The position numbers and the translations under genes are program-made. DNA of 32,576 nt from Methanomicrobiales archaeon (GTDB lineage Archaea > Halobacteriota > Methanomicrobia > Methanomicrobiales > Methanospirillaceae): NCBI GenBank assembly GCA_017883495.1, contig JADGNL010000165.1:1-32576 (forward strand), given 5' to 3'. How positions within the stretch are numbered: position 1 is the stretch's first letter; each line of letters starts with the position of its first letter. Of the stretch, positions 9,114 to 17,359 are shown piece by piece. The notes below the pieces were generated by a model. It had not been told where the DNA came from. It made no database searches and was given only the letters and a program-made list of their open reading frames with translations.

Positions 9114-10312
9114 GGGCCGACCGCCTCCGCGAACGCGGCCGCGACCGCCGGGAATGCGTCGGCCGGCACGACCGCGCCGGCCCTGCGGGCGTGCCCGCCG
9201 CCGCTGCCGCCGACCTCGCCGGCGAGCTGCCGGAGCAGCGGGCCGAGGGGGACCGTGCCGTCGCCGCGGGCCGAGAGCCGGACGCCGCCGTCCGTCCCGG
9301 CCGCGACCAGGACCGGCCGGCCGAGCGGCCCGGCGAGCGCGGACGCGACGTCGCTCGCGAGCCGCGGGTCCTCGATCCGGAAGGCGATTGCAGCCTCCTC
9401 GACCGGGACAGCGGCCGCGATGGCCCCGATCACCAGGCGCCGGTGCTCCGCCGCGACCGCACGGGCCTCGGCGGCCGCGCCGGGGGCGCGGAGACAGACC
9501 GACGCGGCGAGCCCGCCTCGGCCGGCCTTGCCGCAGGCGTCGACCACGGCCGCAAGTGTCCGGGCATCACCCACGGCTTCGCGCGGCGTGAGCACCCGGT
9601 CTCCCCAGAGCGACTCGAGCGCGCCCGGCGCCGCCTCCCGGGCCGTGTCGAGCACGACGAGCGAGAGGAGGAGGTCGAGGGCCGGGCCCTCCTCGCCGAG
9701 CGAGGCGCGGAGGAGCTCGCGGACCCGGCCCGCATCCCCGGAGATTCCCGGGAGGTACGGGTCGATCGCGAGCTCGAGCTTCTCGGCGATGGAGTCGCCC
9801 GGGAGTGCGAGGCCGCGTTCGACTTCGAGCACGCCATTCGCGATCCCCTCGTTCAGGAGCTCCGCGTTCTCGGCCTCGAAAGCCTGGCCGTCGCCGATCA
9901 CGCCGGCCGCCGCGAGCCCCGCGAGGTCGCGGCAGTCCGCGAGCCGGTTCGCGACCATGTACGCGAGCGCGGACGTCGCGAGGACGCGTTCGCCGTCGAG
10001 CCCGTCGAGGTGGGGGTTCAGCACGGGGCCCTCCCCCATCGCGGCCGGCGCGTGGTGGTCGATGACCGCCACGTGGGCCGGCAGGTCGTCGATGCCGGCG
10101 CCGAGGTCGCAGAGCAGGGTCGGCACCCCGGGCTCGAGGACCGGCATCCGGTCCGCCACCCGGAGGCGGAAGCCGAGGCCCCGCCTCCAGAGCGCGTGAC
10201 AGACGAGCGAGGCCGCCGTGATCCCGTCCGCATCGTGGTGGCCCCAGACCTCCACGTAGGGCTGCTCCCCGAGGAAGCGGGCCATGCGTTCGGCGACGGC
10301 ATCGATCGTCAT
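9110..10312 (-). CDS. RecJ-like DHH/DHHA1 phosphoesterase
   Basis: HHDADG, CDLG, IDHH and C-terminal GGGH motifs; conserved position after rps15. Confidence 0.9.
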   Translation of the reverse strand: MTIDAVAERMARFLGEQPYVEVWGHHDADGITAASLVCHALWRRGLGFRLRVADRMPVLEPGVPTLLCDLGAGIDDLPAHVAVIDHHAPAAMGEGPVLNPHLDGLDGERVLATSALAYMVANRLADCRDLAGLAAAGVIGDGQAFEAENAELLNEGIANGVLEVERGLALPGDSIAEKLELAIDPYLPGISGDAGRVRELLRASLGEEGPALDLLLSLVVLDTAREAAPGALESLWGDRVLTPREAVGDARTLAAVVDACGKAGRGGLAASVCLRAPGAAAEARAVAAEHRRLVIGAIAAAVPVEEAAIAFRIEDPRLASDVASALAGPLGRPVLVAAGTDGGVRLSARGDGTVPLGPLLRQLAGEVGGSGGGHARRAGAVVPADAFPAVAAAFAEAVGP

Positions 10313-10317
10313 TGTGA

Positions 10318-10776
10318 TTACCGCGAGAGCAGGATCTCGGCCGTCTCGGGCTTGTAGACCCAGCCGGCGGCCAGCCGCTTCGTCCCGACGTAATACTTGA
10401 CGAGGCGGCGGACCTTGGCCTCGGTCAGGTTGAGCTGCCGCTTGTTGTGGACATCGTTTTTGTTCTCAGCGAGATGCTTTCGCATCCCGAGGGCCTTCAC
10501 GATCAGGTTCCGCAGGTCTTCGGGGATCTCGGTCCCGAGGCCGTTCGCCTCGAGGATCTCGACGACCCGTCGTCCCGTCGCGAGTTTCACGTCGGGGACC
10601 GCGTACTGATCGCGGAGGATGGTTCCGATCTCGGCGCTCGACTTCTCCTTCCTGTTGAGGTCGATGACGAGCTGCTCGATCTCGGCCGCGTCGGTCGTTG
10701 ACCACGCGGGCGGGTCGTCCCGGTGGGGCCGGACCGATCCCGACTTGCCTCTCCGTCTCGCATGCATTCTTGCCAT
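10318..10776 (-). CDS. rps15: 30S ribosomal protein S15 (uS15, archaeal)
   Basis: MARMHARRRGKSGS, ILRDQYAVPDVK, IPEDLRNLI, KVRRLVKYY. True start is ATG 10776. Confidence 0.97.
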   Translation of the reverse strand: MARMHARRRGKSGSVRPHRDDPPAWSTTDAAEIEQLVIDLNRKEKSSAEIGTILRDQYAVPDVKLATGRRVVEILEANGLGTEIPEDLRNLIVKALGMRKHLAENKNDVHNKRQLNLTEAKVRRLVKYYVGTKRLAAGWVYKPETAEILLSR

Positions 10777-10819
10777 AGTTCTACTCCGATACCGATTTGT
10801 CCCGAGAAGAGCAGCGATG

Positions 10820-10895
10820 AGACGCACGCTCCGTAATCCCAGAGCCCCTGAGGGCCGCACCGCGGGGGCGGCGCGTCGGACTTACCGGTGCTTCG
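10820..10895 (-). promoter_or_regulatory. Structured rps15 5' leader, probably the S15-Methanomicrobia ribosomal leader motif
   Basis: ~120-nt UTR after TATA box TTATATAA (10921-10928). GCAC (10891-10888) pairs with GUGC (10827-10824), GUAA-G-UCC pairs with GGAUUAC (10839-10833), and GC-rich hairpins lie inside. Confidence 0.65.
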
Positions 10896-10920
10896 TACAC
10901 ACGTCAGCGACGGTGCCGGT

Positions 10921-10928
10921 TTATATAA
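10921..10928 (-). promoter_or_regulatory. TATA box of the rps15 operon
   Basis: TTATATAA in a ~70% GC context ~25-30 nt before the structured leader. Confidence 0.7.
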
Positions 10929-10998
10929 TCTCCCGGGCGGTTCTTAAGGCTGCCGACCATGGCCGAAAGATTATTATTCCGGCGGCCTCCCGCTCAGT

Positions 10999-12435
10999 AT
11001 GGTACACTTTCGCACGGTTTCTCTCGCGGCCCTGCTGCTCGCGCTCGTCATGGCGAGCGCCGGGTGCACGTCCTCCTCGAACCAGGGAGGCGGGACCACC
11101 GGCTATGGCCCCCTGCAGACCTACTCGGACCAGGATCACCTCTTCTCGGTGCAGAAACCCCCGACCTGGACCGTCACGGTCGGGGACGATGTTCAGGTGA
11201 AGGCGCCCGCCGACGGGGCCCGGGTCGTCTTCCGCCCGCTCTTTCTCAGCGGGTCGTACCGGGACGCTTCGGCTTCGGCGATCGCCAACTACCTCGTGGG
11301 CCGTGACGCACAGAAGGTCTCGGGCTTCGCCATCACGTCGGTGCGCGAGACGACGGACGGCTCGATGCTCGAGCTCGTGGCGTCCTACGACCGCTCGGGC
11401 ACCCCGATGACCGGGGTCTACACGATCTTCGTGGACTCGCCGTACGCGATGTTCACCGGGTACGAAACGTCGCGCGCGACGTTCTCGAACAACGAACCCC
11501 TGCTGCGATCGATCGCGGGGAGTTTCGATATACTCCAGCCCGCCTCCTCCGGGGGGGCGACGTCCGCCACGATCGGGAGCAGCCTCGGCCCCCTGAGCGA
11601 ACGGCAGCTGGACGGGGGAGTGACGATGAAGATCCCCGCCGGATGGAGCCCGCAGGTCTTCCCGCTCTGCAGCGGCCTGATCGCGGCCGATCCCCGGAAC
11701 ACCCGCGGCGTGGTCTTCCTCAACGGCCTTCACAAGAACCCGGGGGCGACCCTGCCGCCGGGGGTGAGCCCCGAGGACTACCTGACGACCTACCTCCAGC
11801 AGGACTTCTCGACGATCTCGGGCGTGCGCATTCTCTCGTACGAGGACACGGACCTCTCGGCGTTGAATACGGGCTCGGTCACCGCCAAGGCGATGCGGGT
11901 ATCCTTCTCCAACAGCGGCACGCCGACGACGGGGTCGTTCATGGTCGGCACCTCGCAGGCCGGCGGCGGATACTTCACGGCGGTCGAGTACCTCTGGGGA
12001 GTCTACGCTCCGACGTCCGCCTGGGAAGCTGACGCCCCGATCCTCCTGGAGTCCTTCTTCTCGATCGACTATAGCCAGGCGACGATCGCCGGATGCAAGA
12101 ACGTCCTGGCCGCCTCCTGGGGCGGCGGCTCCCGCTCGGGCGGGTCGGGCGGCAGTTCGGGGAGCGATGCGCGCGAGCAGCAGCTCAAGGACTGGTACGC
12201 GAAGCAGGAGAACGAGGACATTTTCATGGAGAAGTTCACGGACTACACCCTCAACCGCGACCGGGTCTACAACCCCGAGACGGACCAGGTCTACACCGTG
12301 GACCAGAACTTCTACCAGTATTACGACACGCACCGGGAGCAGTACAAGCAGCAGAACATGGAGCAGCTGACCGACACCCAGTTCCGGAGCCACGTCGCGC
12401 TCGACGGAAATCTCCACATCGAACCGAACACGTGA
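10999..12435 (+). CDS. Secreted lipoprotein of unknown function
   Basis: Signal peptide with lipobox SAGC; Ser/Thr/Gly-rich linkers; TATA-like GATTATTA ~25 nt upstream (leaderless). Confidence 0.85.
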   Translation: MVHFRTVSLAALLLALVMASAGCTSSSNQGGGTTGYGPLQTYSDQDHLFSVQKPPTWTVTVGDDVQVKAPADGARVVFRPLFLSGSYRDASASAIANYLVGRDAQKVSGFAITSVRETTDGSMLELVASYDRSGTPMTGVYTIFVDSPYAMFTGYETSRATFSNNEPLLRSIAGSFDILQPASSGGATSATIGSSLGPLSERQLDGGVTMKIPAGWSPQVFPLCSGLIAADPRNTRGVVFLNGLHKNPGATLPPGVSPEDYLTTYLQQDFSTISGVRILSYEDTDLSALNTGSVTAKAMRVSFSNSGTPTTGSFMVGTSQAGGGYFTAVEYLWGVYAPTSAWEADAPILLESFFSIDYSQATIAGCKNVLAASWGGGSRSGGSGGSSGSDAREQQLKDWYAKQENEDIFMEKFTDYTLNRDRVYNPETDQVYTVDQNFYQYYDTHREQYKQQNMEQLTDTQFRSHVALDGNLHIEPNT

Positions 12436-12502
12436 GAAGAGACGGCCGTGCACCACGCATTCAGGGGCGCGGCGTGCGGTGCGTGCAAGCGGCGTCGGGC
12501 GA

Positions 12503-12910
12503 TCAGAGGTCCTTCGGCGGCCGGTGCCGCCCCCGTCTCCGCCGCTTACCCATCGAGAGGATGTCGACGCCGTAGAGCCCTTCCTTGCCCAGGCCGATCA
12601 CCATCTCGTCCGACTTCGAGAGCCGCTCGATGTTGATCTCGTACGACCCGGGCCCGGTGATCCGGATGGTCTCGATCGAGTCGTGAAGCGGGCGGGCGGG
12701 CTCCTCCGGAGCCTCGGGGATCTCGTGCACGTCCTCGGGCGGGGCCCCCTCCACGAGCGCCTCGAGCGGCGTCTCCTCGAGCACGTCGCGGTGCCGCTCC
12801 TCCGCCCGGACGTAGAGGAAGCGCTTGCCGCCGCAGCTCGGGCATCCGTGGAGGACGTCCTGCGAGCCGTCCTCGAACTCGCGCCCGCAGGTCGTGCACT
12901 TGTGCGGCAT
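12503..12910 (-). CDS. oapC: Zn-ribbon protein (OapC/DUF2072-like)
   Basis: MPHKCTTCG...GCPSCGGKRFLY and ETIRITGPGSYEINI; third gene of the GTPase-DUF2073-Zn-ribbon operon. Confidence 0.85.
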   Translation of the reverse strand: MPHKCTTCGREFEDGSQDVLHGCPSCGGKRFLYVRAEERHRDVLEETPLEALVEGAPPEDVHEIPEAPEEPARPLHDSIETIRITGPGSYEINIERLSKSDEMVIGLGKEGLYGVDILSMGKRRRRGRHRPPKDL

Positions 12911-12912
12911 GG

Positions 12913-13278
12913 TTACCGGGATGAGACCCAGGCGCTGATAAGGTCTCGCTCCTTGCGAAGCATCTTGAGCTGATTCGCGGGGCCGATCACGGTCAGCCGG
13001 GAGGTCGGCTCGCGGCTCCCGAAGAGGCGGGCGAAGAAGCCGCCGCTCGTCGAGCGGGCGGGGTAGGTCTCCATCTCGATCCCCGAGAAGCCGTCGGGGT
13101 TGATCTCCATCATGGTCATCTCGATCAGCTTGCTCGACTCCTCGGGCGAGAGCCCCTTCTCCAGGACCACGATGTTGCCGGCTATCACCTCGTCGAGGAT
13201 CAGCCGGATCTTCTCCATCGAGGTGAGGCGCTCGAGCCGCTCTTCGGAGATCAGGTCCAGTTGTACTCCCTGAATCAT
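12913..13278 (-). CDS. oapB: DUF2073 protein (OapB-like)
   Basis: SMEKIRLILD, GNIVVLEKGLSPEE, FSGIEMETY, LTVIGPANQL. Confidence 0.88.
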   Translation of the reverse strand: MIQGVQLDLISEERLERLTSMEKIRLILDEVIAGNIVVLEKGLSPEESSKLIEMTMMEINPDGFSGIEMETYPARSTSGGFFARLFGSREPTSRLTVIGPANQLKMLRKERDLISAWVSSR

Positions 13279-13285
13279 CGCCGGA

Positions 13286-13930
13286 TCACCCGAAGAACTC
13301 GATCATCTTCTCGTAGAGCTCGTCCACATTCGTCCCCTCGAGGCCGGAGATGGAGATGACGGGATGCTGCGGGAACGCGGACTTGATCCGGCCCGGCGAG
13401 GCGTCGGGAAGGTCGATCTTGTTCGCGACGATCACCACGGGCAGATTCCGCGACTCGATGATCCCGACCATCATGATATTGACCTGGGCGAACGGGTCGA
13501 GGGTCGCGTCGAGCATGTAGATCACACCGTCGATATCCTCGCGGAGCCAGTGCATGGCCTCGGCCACCCCCTCGGTCGCCTCCCGCGCACGCTTGACCGC
13601 GTCCTCCTTCTCGATCCCGTATTCGGTGAACTCGTGGTAGTCGATCTTGGTCGTGACCCCGGGCGTGTCGACGATGTCGATCACGATCGAATCCCCGTGC
13701 GCGTTCGAGATGGTCACGTCCTCTTTTCGCCGGGCGCGCCGGGTCTCGTGGGGGATCTCCGAGACCGGGCCGAGCGCATCCCCGGTCCAGTCGCGGACGA
13801 TCCTGTTCGCGAGCGTGGTCTTGCCCGCGTTCGGCGGACCGTAGATGCCGATTCGCGACCGTCCCTTCTTGAAGAAGGCCCGCAAAAACCGTGAGAACCG
13901 TTTCCGTACCTTTGTCAGGATATTATCCAT
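13286..13930 (-). CDS. oapA: Era-like small GTPase (OapA-like)
   Basis: G1 GPPNAGKT, G2 HETR, G3 DTPG, G4 NKID, G5 ISG. Start at ATG 13930 (MDNILTK). Confidence 0.9.
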   Translation of the reverse strand: MDNILTKVRKRFSRFLRAFFKKGRSRIGIYGPPNAGKTTLANRIVRDWTGDALGPVSEIPHETRRARRKEDVTISNAHGDSIVIDIVDTPGVTTKIDYHEFTEYGIEKEDAVKRAREATEGVAEAMHWLREDIDGVIYMLDATLDPFAQVNIMMVGIIESRNLPVVIVANKIDLPDASPGRIKSAFPQHPVISISGLEGTNVDELYEKMIEFFG

Positions 13931-14162
13931 GCAGCACACCGATCGATGATGGTAGAAATGTTATGGCTCATGGATAATGAGCCCTTTGATAGCCCGCGCC
14001 GGCCATGCCCGACCTGGAGAACCCTTTTATCCGAAGGGGGCCTATTCAGTCTCGTCGGGCCGGAGAACGGCCCGAATTCCCGAAAAGACCGCGCAGAATC
14101 GATCTCGGAAAACTTTAATGAACTATAATGACAGATACGCCAGAACAGGGGGGAAGCACCCG

Positions 14163-14726
14163 ATGAACTCGTCCGACGCCATGCACCTGGAGACCAGGGT
14201 ACAGCTCAAAGAGATGATGCGCCACAACCCGACGACCATCGATTTCAACGCCACGGTCGCCGATGCAGCCCGGGCCATGTGCCGCGCCGACGTCGGCAGC
14301 GTCATCGTGCTCGAGAACAGCCTGCCGATCGGCATCGCGACCGAACAGGACATCAACTGCAAGGTCGTGGCCCACGATCGCCGGCCCGGCGAAGTGCCGG
14401 TCGGCGATATCATGTCCACTCCCCTGATCACGATCGGCGCCGAGAAGTCGGTCTCGGAGGCGGCCTACATGATGGTCCGCCACGGAGTCCGCCGCCTCCC
14501 CGTGGTCGACGAGAATCATCAGGTGATCGGGATCGTGACCGTGCGGGATCTCCTGACTGTTGCGAACGAGATCAACGAGATCATGAACGATCTGATCACG
14601 ATCAACCGGGTCGACGACGGGTACGAGAGCGGAGTCTGCGATCGGTGCGGGCTGATCTCCTCGGATCTCATCCGGACCGACGGTCAGCACCTCTGCTCCA
14701 ACTGCCGCGCCGAGGAGCATCTCTGA
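14163..14726 (+). CDS. CBS-pair protein with C-terminal CxxC...CxxC Zn finger (CBS-1)
   Basis: Two CBS domains (VGSVIV..GIATEQDI; VRRLPVV..GIVTVRDL) plus CDRC...CSNC. Start at ATG 14163 after a G-rich RBS-like stretch. Confidence 0.88.
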   Translation: MNSSDAMHLETRVQLKEMMRHNPTTIDFNATVADAARAMCRADVGSVIVLENSLPIGIATEQDINCKVVAHDRRPGEVPVGDIMSTPLITIGAEKSVSEAAYMMVRHGVRRLPVVDENHQVIGIVTVRDLLTVANEINEIMNDLITINRVDDGYESGVCDRCGLISSDLIRTDGQHLCSNCRAEEHL

Positions 14727-15481
14727 TGAAGTCGGCAGCCGACCTCCTCTGCGAGGTTCCGCTGCTCTCCTCCGACGACCGGGCGACCCGGGCCCGATCG
14801 GTCCTCCGCGACGACCACTTCCGCGAGGCGCTCGTCGTGGACGGACGCGGCGCGCTCGCCGGGTACATCGATATCTCGGACATCCTCCGGGTCGGCGCGA
14901 CCCGATCGAACGTGACCGTGGACGGGTTCGTACGTGAGGCCCCGTCTGTGGGGCCCGACGCGAGCCTGGAGCGGGTTGGCGCGCTGCTGCGCGAGTACCG
15001 GACCGACTCGGTCGCGGTCGCCGGGCCGGACGGGCGCGTGCTCGGCGGGATCCTTCTCGCCGAGGTCTTTCCGATCCTGCTCTCCCGCCACGAGCCCCGG
15101 GGCCTGGTCTCGGAACTGATGTCGACCCGCGTCGTGACGGTCGAGGCGGACGACCCCGTCTCGCGGGTCCAGGCCCTGGTGCAGGAGAGCGGGTTCTCGG
15201 CCTTTCCCGTCCTCAAGCGACGGCAGCTCGTGGGCATGATCTCGCGACGGGACCTGCTCGCCTCGGGCCGGACCCGCCAGGGGACGGACGGGAAGCTCGC
15301 GGTCGAGGCCGTCATGACCACGCCCGCGATCGCGACCGCGCCGGACGCGGCCGTCCGCGATGCGGCCGCCCTGATCTGCCGGCACGATATCAGCCGACTT
15401 CCGGTCGTCGAGAACGGCCGCGTCGTCGGGATCATGGATCGTCACGACGTGCTGCGGGCGCTCGCGCTCGCCGTCGACTGA
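14726..15481 (+). CDS. Four-CBS-domain protein (CBS-2)
   Basis: Start MKSAADLL at a TGATG overlap; GYIDISDI, GGILLAEV, GMISRRDL, GIMDRHDV. Confidence 0.88.
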   Translation: MKSAADLLCEVPLLSSDDRATRARSVLRDDHFREALVVDGRGALAGYIDISDILRVGATRSNVTVDGFVREAPSVGPDASLERVGALLREYRTDSVAVAGPDGRVLGGILLAEVFPILLSRHEPRGLVSELMSTRVVTVEADDPVSRVQALVQESGFSAFPVLKRRQLVGMISRRDLLASGRTRQGTDGKLAVEAVMTTPAIATAPDAAVRDAAALICRHDISRLPVVENGRVVGIMDRHDVLRALALAVD

Positions 15482-15490
15482 AGGTGACAC

Positions 15491-16438
15491 ATGCAGGGGA
15501 ACGGATTCAACCACAAGGCATCGGACCGGCTCCTCAAGATGCCGGGCAAGCTCGACCGCGGTTCGGTCGAGTTCGACTCTCGCGTGGCCCCGCACACGGG
15601 CGATATCATGGCGATCGCGACCACGAGGGTCGTCTCTGTCCCGCCGACGATGGCGATCATCGGAGCGGCCCGGACCATGACCGCCTGCGGGTTCCGACGA
15701 TTGCCGGTGACGGACCCCGGCACGCACCGCATGCGCGGGATCATGACCGCGTCCGACATCATCAACCTGCTCGGCGGCGGCGATAAGCAGACCCTGGTCA
15801 CGGTCAAGCACGGGGGCAATCTGCTCGCGGCCGTGAACGAGTCGGTCCGCGAGATCATGAGCGCCCACTACCTCTCGCTCAGGACCACGGAGACGATCGC
15901 CGACGCGCTCGCCCTGATCCTGGAGAAGAAGATCGGGGGGCTGCCGATCGTCGACGCCGACGAGACGCTCCGCGGGATCGTGACCGAGCGAGACGTGCTG
16001 CGCCTGCTCGGAAACGGGGCGAGCACGCTCGCGGTCGAGAACGTGATGTCGACCGCGCTGCGGGTGACCGCCCCCGACGCGACGATCGGGGCCGCGACGC
16101 ACGAGATGGGGCGATGCCGGTTCCGGCGCCTGCCCGTGGTCTCTGAGGACGTTCTCTTCGGGATCATCACGTCGACCGACATCGCCCGATACATGGGGAC
16201 CGGCGAGGTCTTCGACCGGCTCGTGACCGGGAACGTGGCGGAGGTGATGGACCTGCCCGTGCGGACCCTGATGAGGGGAGAGCTGATCACGACCACGCCC
16301 GAGGTCCCGATCACCGCGGCGGCGCGGGTCATGCTCGAGCGCGGAATCGGGGCCCTCCCCGTGATCGAGGACTCGCGCCTGATCGGCCTCGTCACCGAGT
16401 TCGACCTCGTCCGGGCGTTCGCGGAGGCGAGCTGCTGA
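15491..16438 (+). CDS. Four-CBS-domain protein, MJ1225-like (CBS-3)
   Basis: RBS AAGGTGA at 15481. GFRRLPV..GIMTASDIINLLGGG..KHGGNLLAAVNESVREIMS closely resembles M. jannaschii MJ1225 as recalled (RRLPV..GIITSMDIVDFMGGG..NFLAAINEPVREIM). Confidence 0.88.
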   Translation: MQGNGFNHKASDRLLKMPGKLDRGSVEFDSRVAPHTGDIMAIATTRVVSVPPTMAIIGAARTMTACGFRRLPVTDPGTHRMRGIMTASDIINLLGGGDKQTLVTVKHGGNLLAAVNESVREIMSAHYLSLRTTETIADALALILEKKIGGLPIVDADETLRGIVTERDVLRLLGNGASTLAVENVMSTALRVTAPDATIGAATHEMGRCRFRRLPVVSEDVLFGIITSTDIARYMGTGEVFDRLVTGNVAEVMDLPVRTLMRGELITTTPEVPITAAARVMLERGIGALPVIEDSRLIGLVTEFDLVRAFAEASC

Positions 16439-17274
16439 TGCTGGCGTCCGACGTGATGTCCGCGCCGGTGCACGTGGTCGGGCCGAACGACTCGGCCGCC
16501 CACGCCCGGAATCAGATGATCCGGTTCCGGTGCTCCCGCCTGCCGGTCGTGGACGGCGACAGCCTCGCCGGGATCATCACCAAGAAGGACCTCGGGTATC
16601 GGCTCCGCCAGGCAGAGCCGACCTGGCGGCGCCGGCCGATCGACCGGGTGCCGGCGAGCCTGCTCATGACCCCCGACCCGGTCAGCGTCGCGGCCCACGC
16701 CGCGATCCGGACCGTTGCCGCGGCCATGATCGAGTACGGGATCAGCGGGCTGCCCGTGGTCGAGGACTGCACCCTCGTCGGGATCGTGACCAAGACGGAT
16801 CTGCTCGGCTCGGTCTCGGCCGAGCGGCTCGCGGCGACGGTCGGCGATCTGATGGGTGACGCCGTGACCATCTCCCGCTACCACTCGCTCGACCACGTGA
16901 TCGATCTGGCGAGCGAGCGCGACGACAAGCTCGTGGTGGTCAACAACGATGGGACGCTCGCGGGTATCATCACCGAGTCGAACCTCGCCTTTTATGAGTA
17001 CGTCGGCCGCGTGCCCGGCGAACCCGACCGCGACGTGACCATGCTCCGGCGCGATGACGAGGGACAGAAGACGCTCCGGTATGTACGCGACGTCTCGGCC
17101 ATCGCAGAGGACCTGATGAGCCGGCCGGTCGAGACCACGCCGCCCGGCGCTCCGATCGCCGAGGCGGTCCGGAGAATGCGAGAGAAAGGGATCAACAGCC
17201 TCGTCGTCGTCGAGGACGGCGACATCAAAGGCATTATCACGCGGGATGATATAATTAAGGGGGTTGCCACATGA
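16438..17274 (+). CDS. Four-CBS-domain protein (CBS-4)
   Basis: TGATG coupling; SRLPVV..GIITKKDL, GLPVV..GIVTKTDL, GIITESNL, GIITRDDI. Confidence 0.88.
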   Translation: MLASDVMSAPVHVVGPNDSAAHARNQMIRFRCSRLPVVDGDSLAGIITKKDLGYRLRQAEPTWRRRPIDRVPASLLMTPDPVSVAAHAAIRTVAAAMIEYGISGLPVVEDCTLVGIVTKTDLLGSVSAERLAATVGDLMGDAVTISRYHSLDHVIDLASERDDKLVVVNNDGTLAGIITESNLAFYEYVGRVPGEPDRDVTMLRRDDEGQKTLRYVRDVSAIAEDLMSRPVETTPPGAPIAEAVRRMREKGINSLVVVEDGDIKGIITRDDIIKGVAT

Positions 17275-17359
17275 AACAGACCTTATTTATTAAAGTTTCC
17301 TGGTAATTCAGAACATTCACCGACAGTCAAGGTAGGATGAAATAAGAGGAGAAAGAGTC

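Noticed and set aside
13940..14160. Replication origin (ORB) next to oapABC
   Set aside because: Only G-runs (CCGAAGGGGG, CAGAACAGGGGGG) are present; no TTCCAxTGGAA core, no extended AT-rich unwinding element and no cdc6 in the window.
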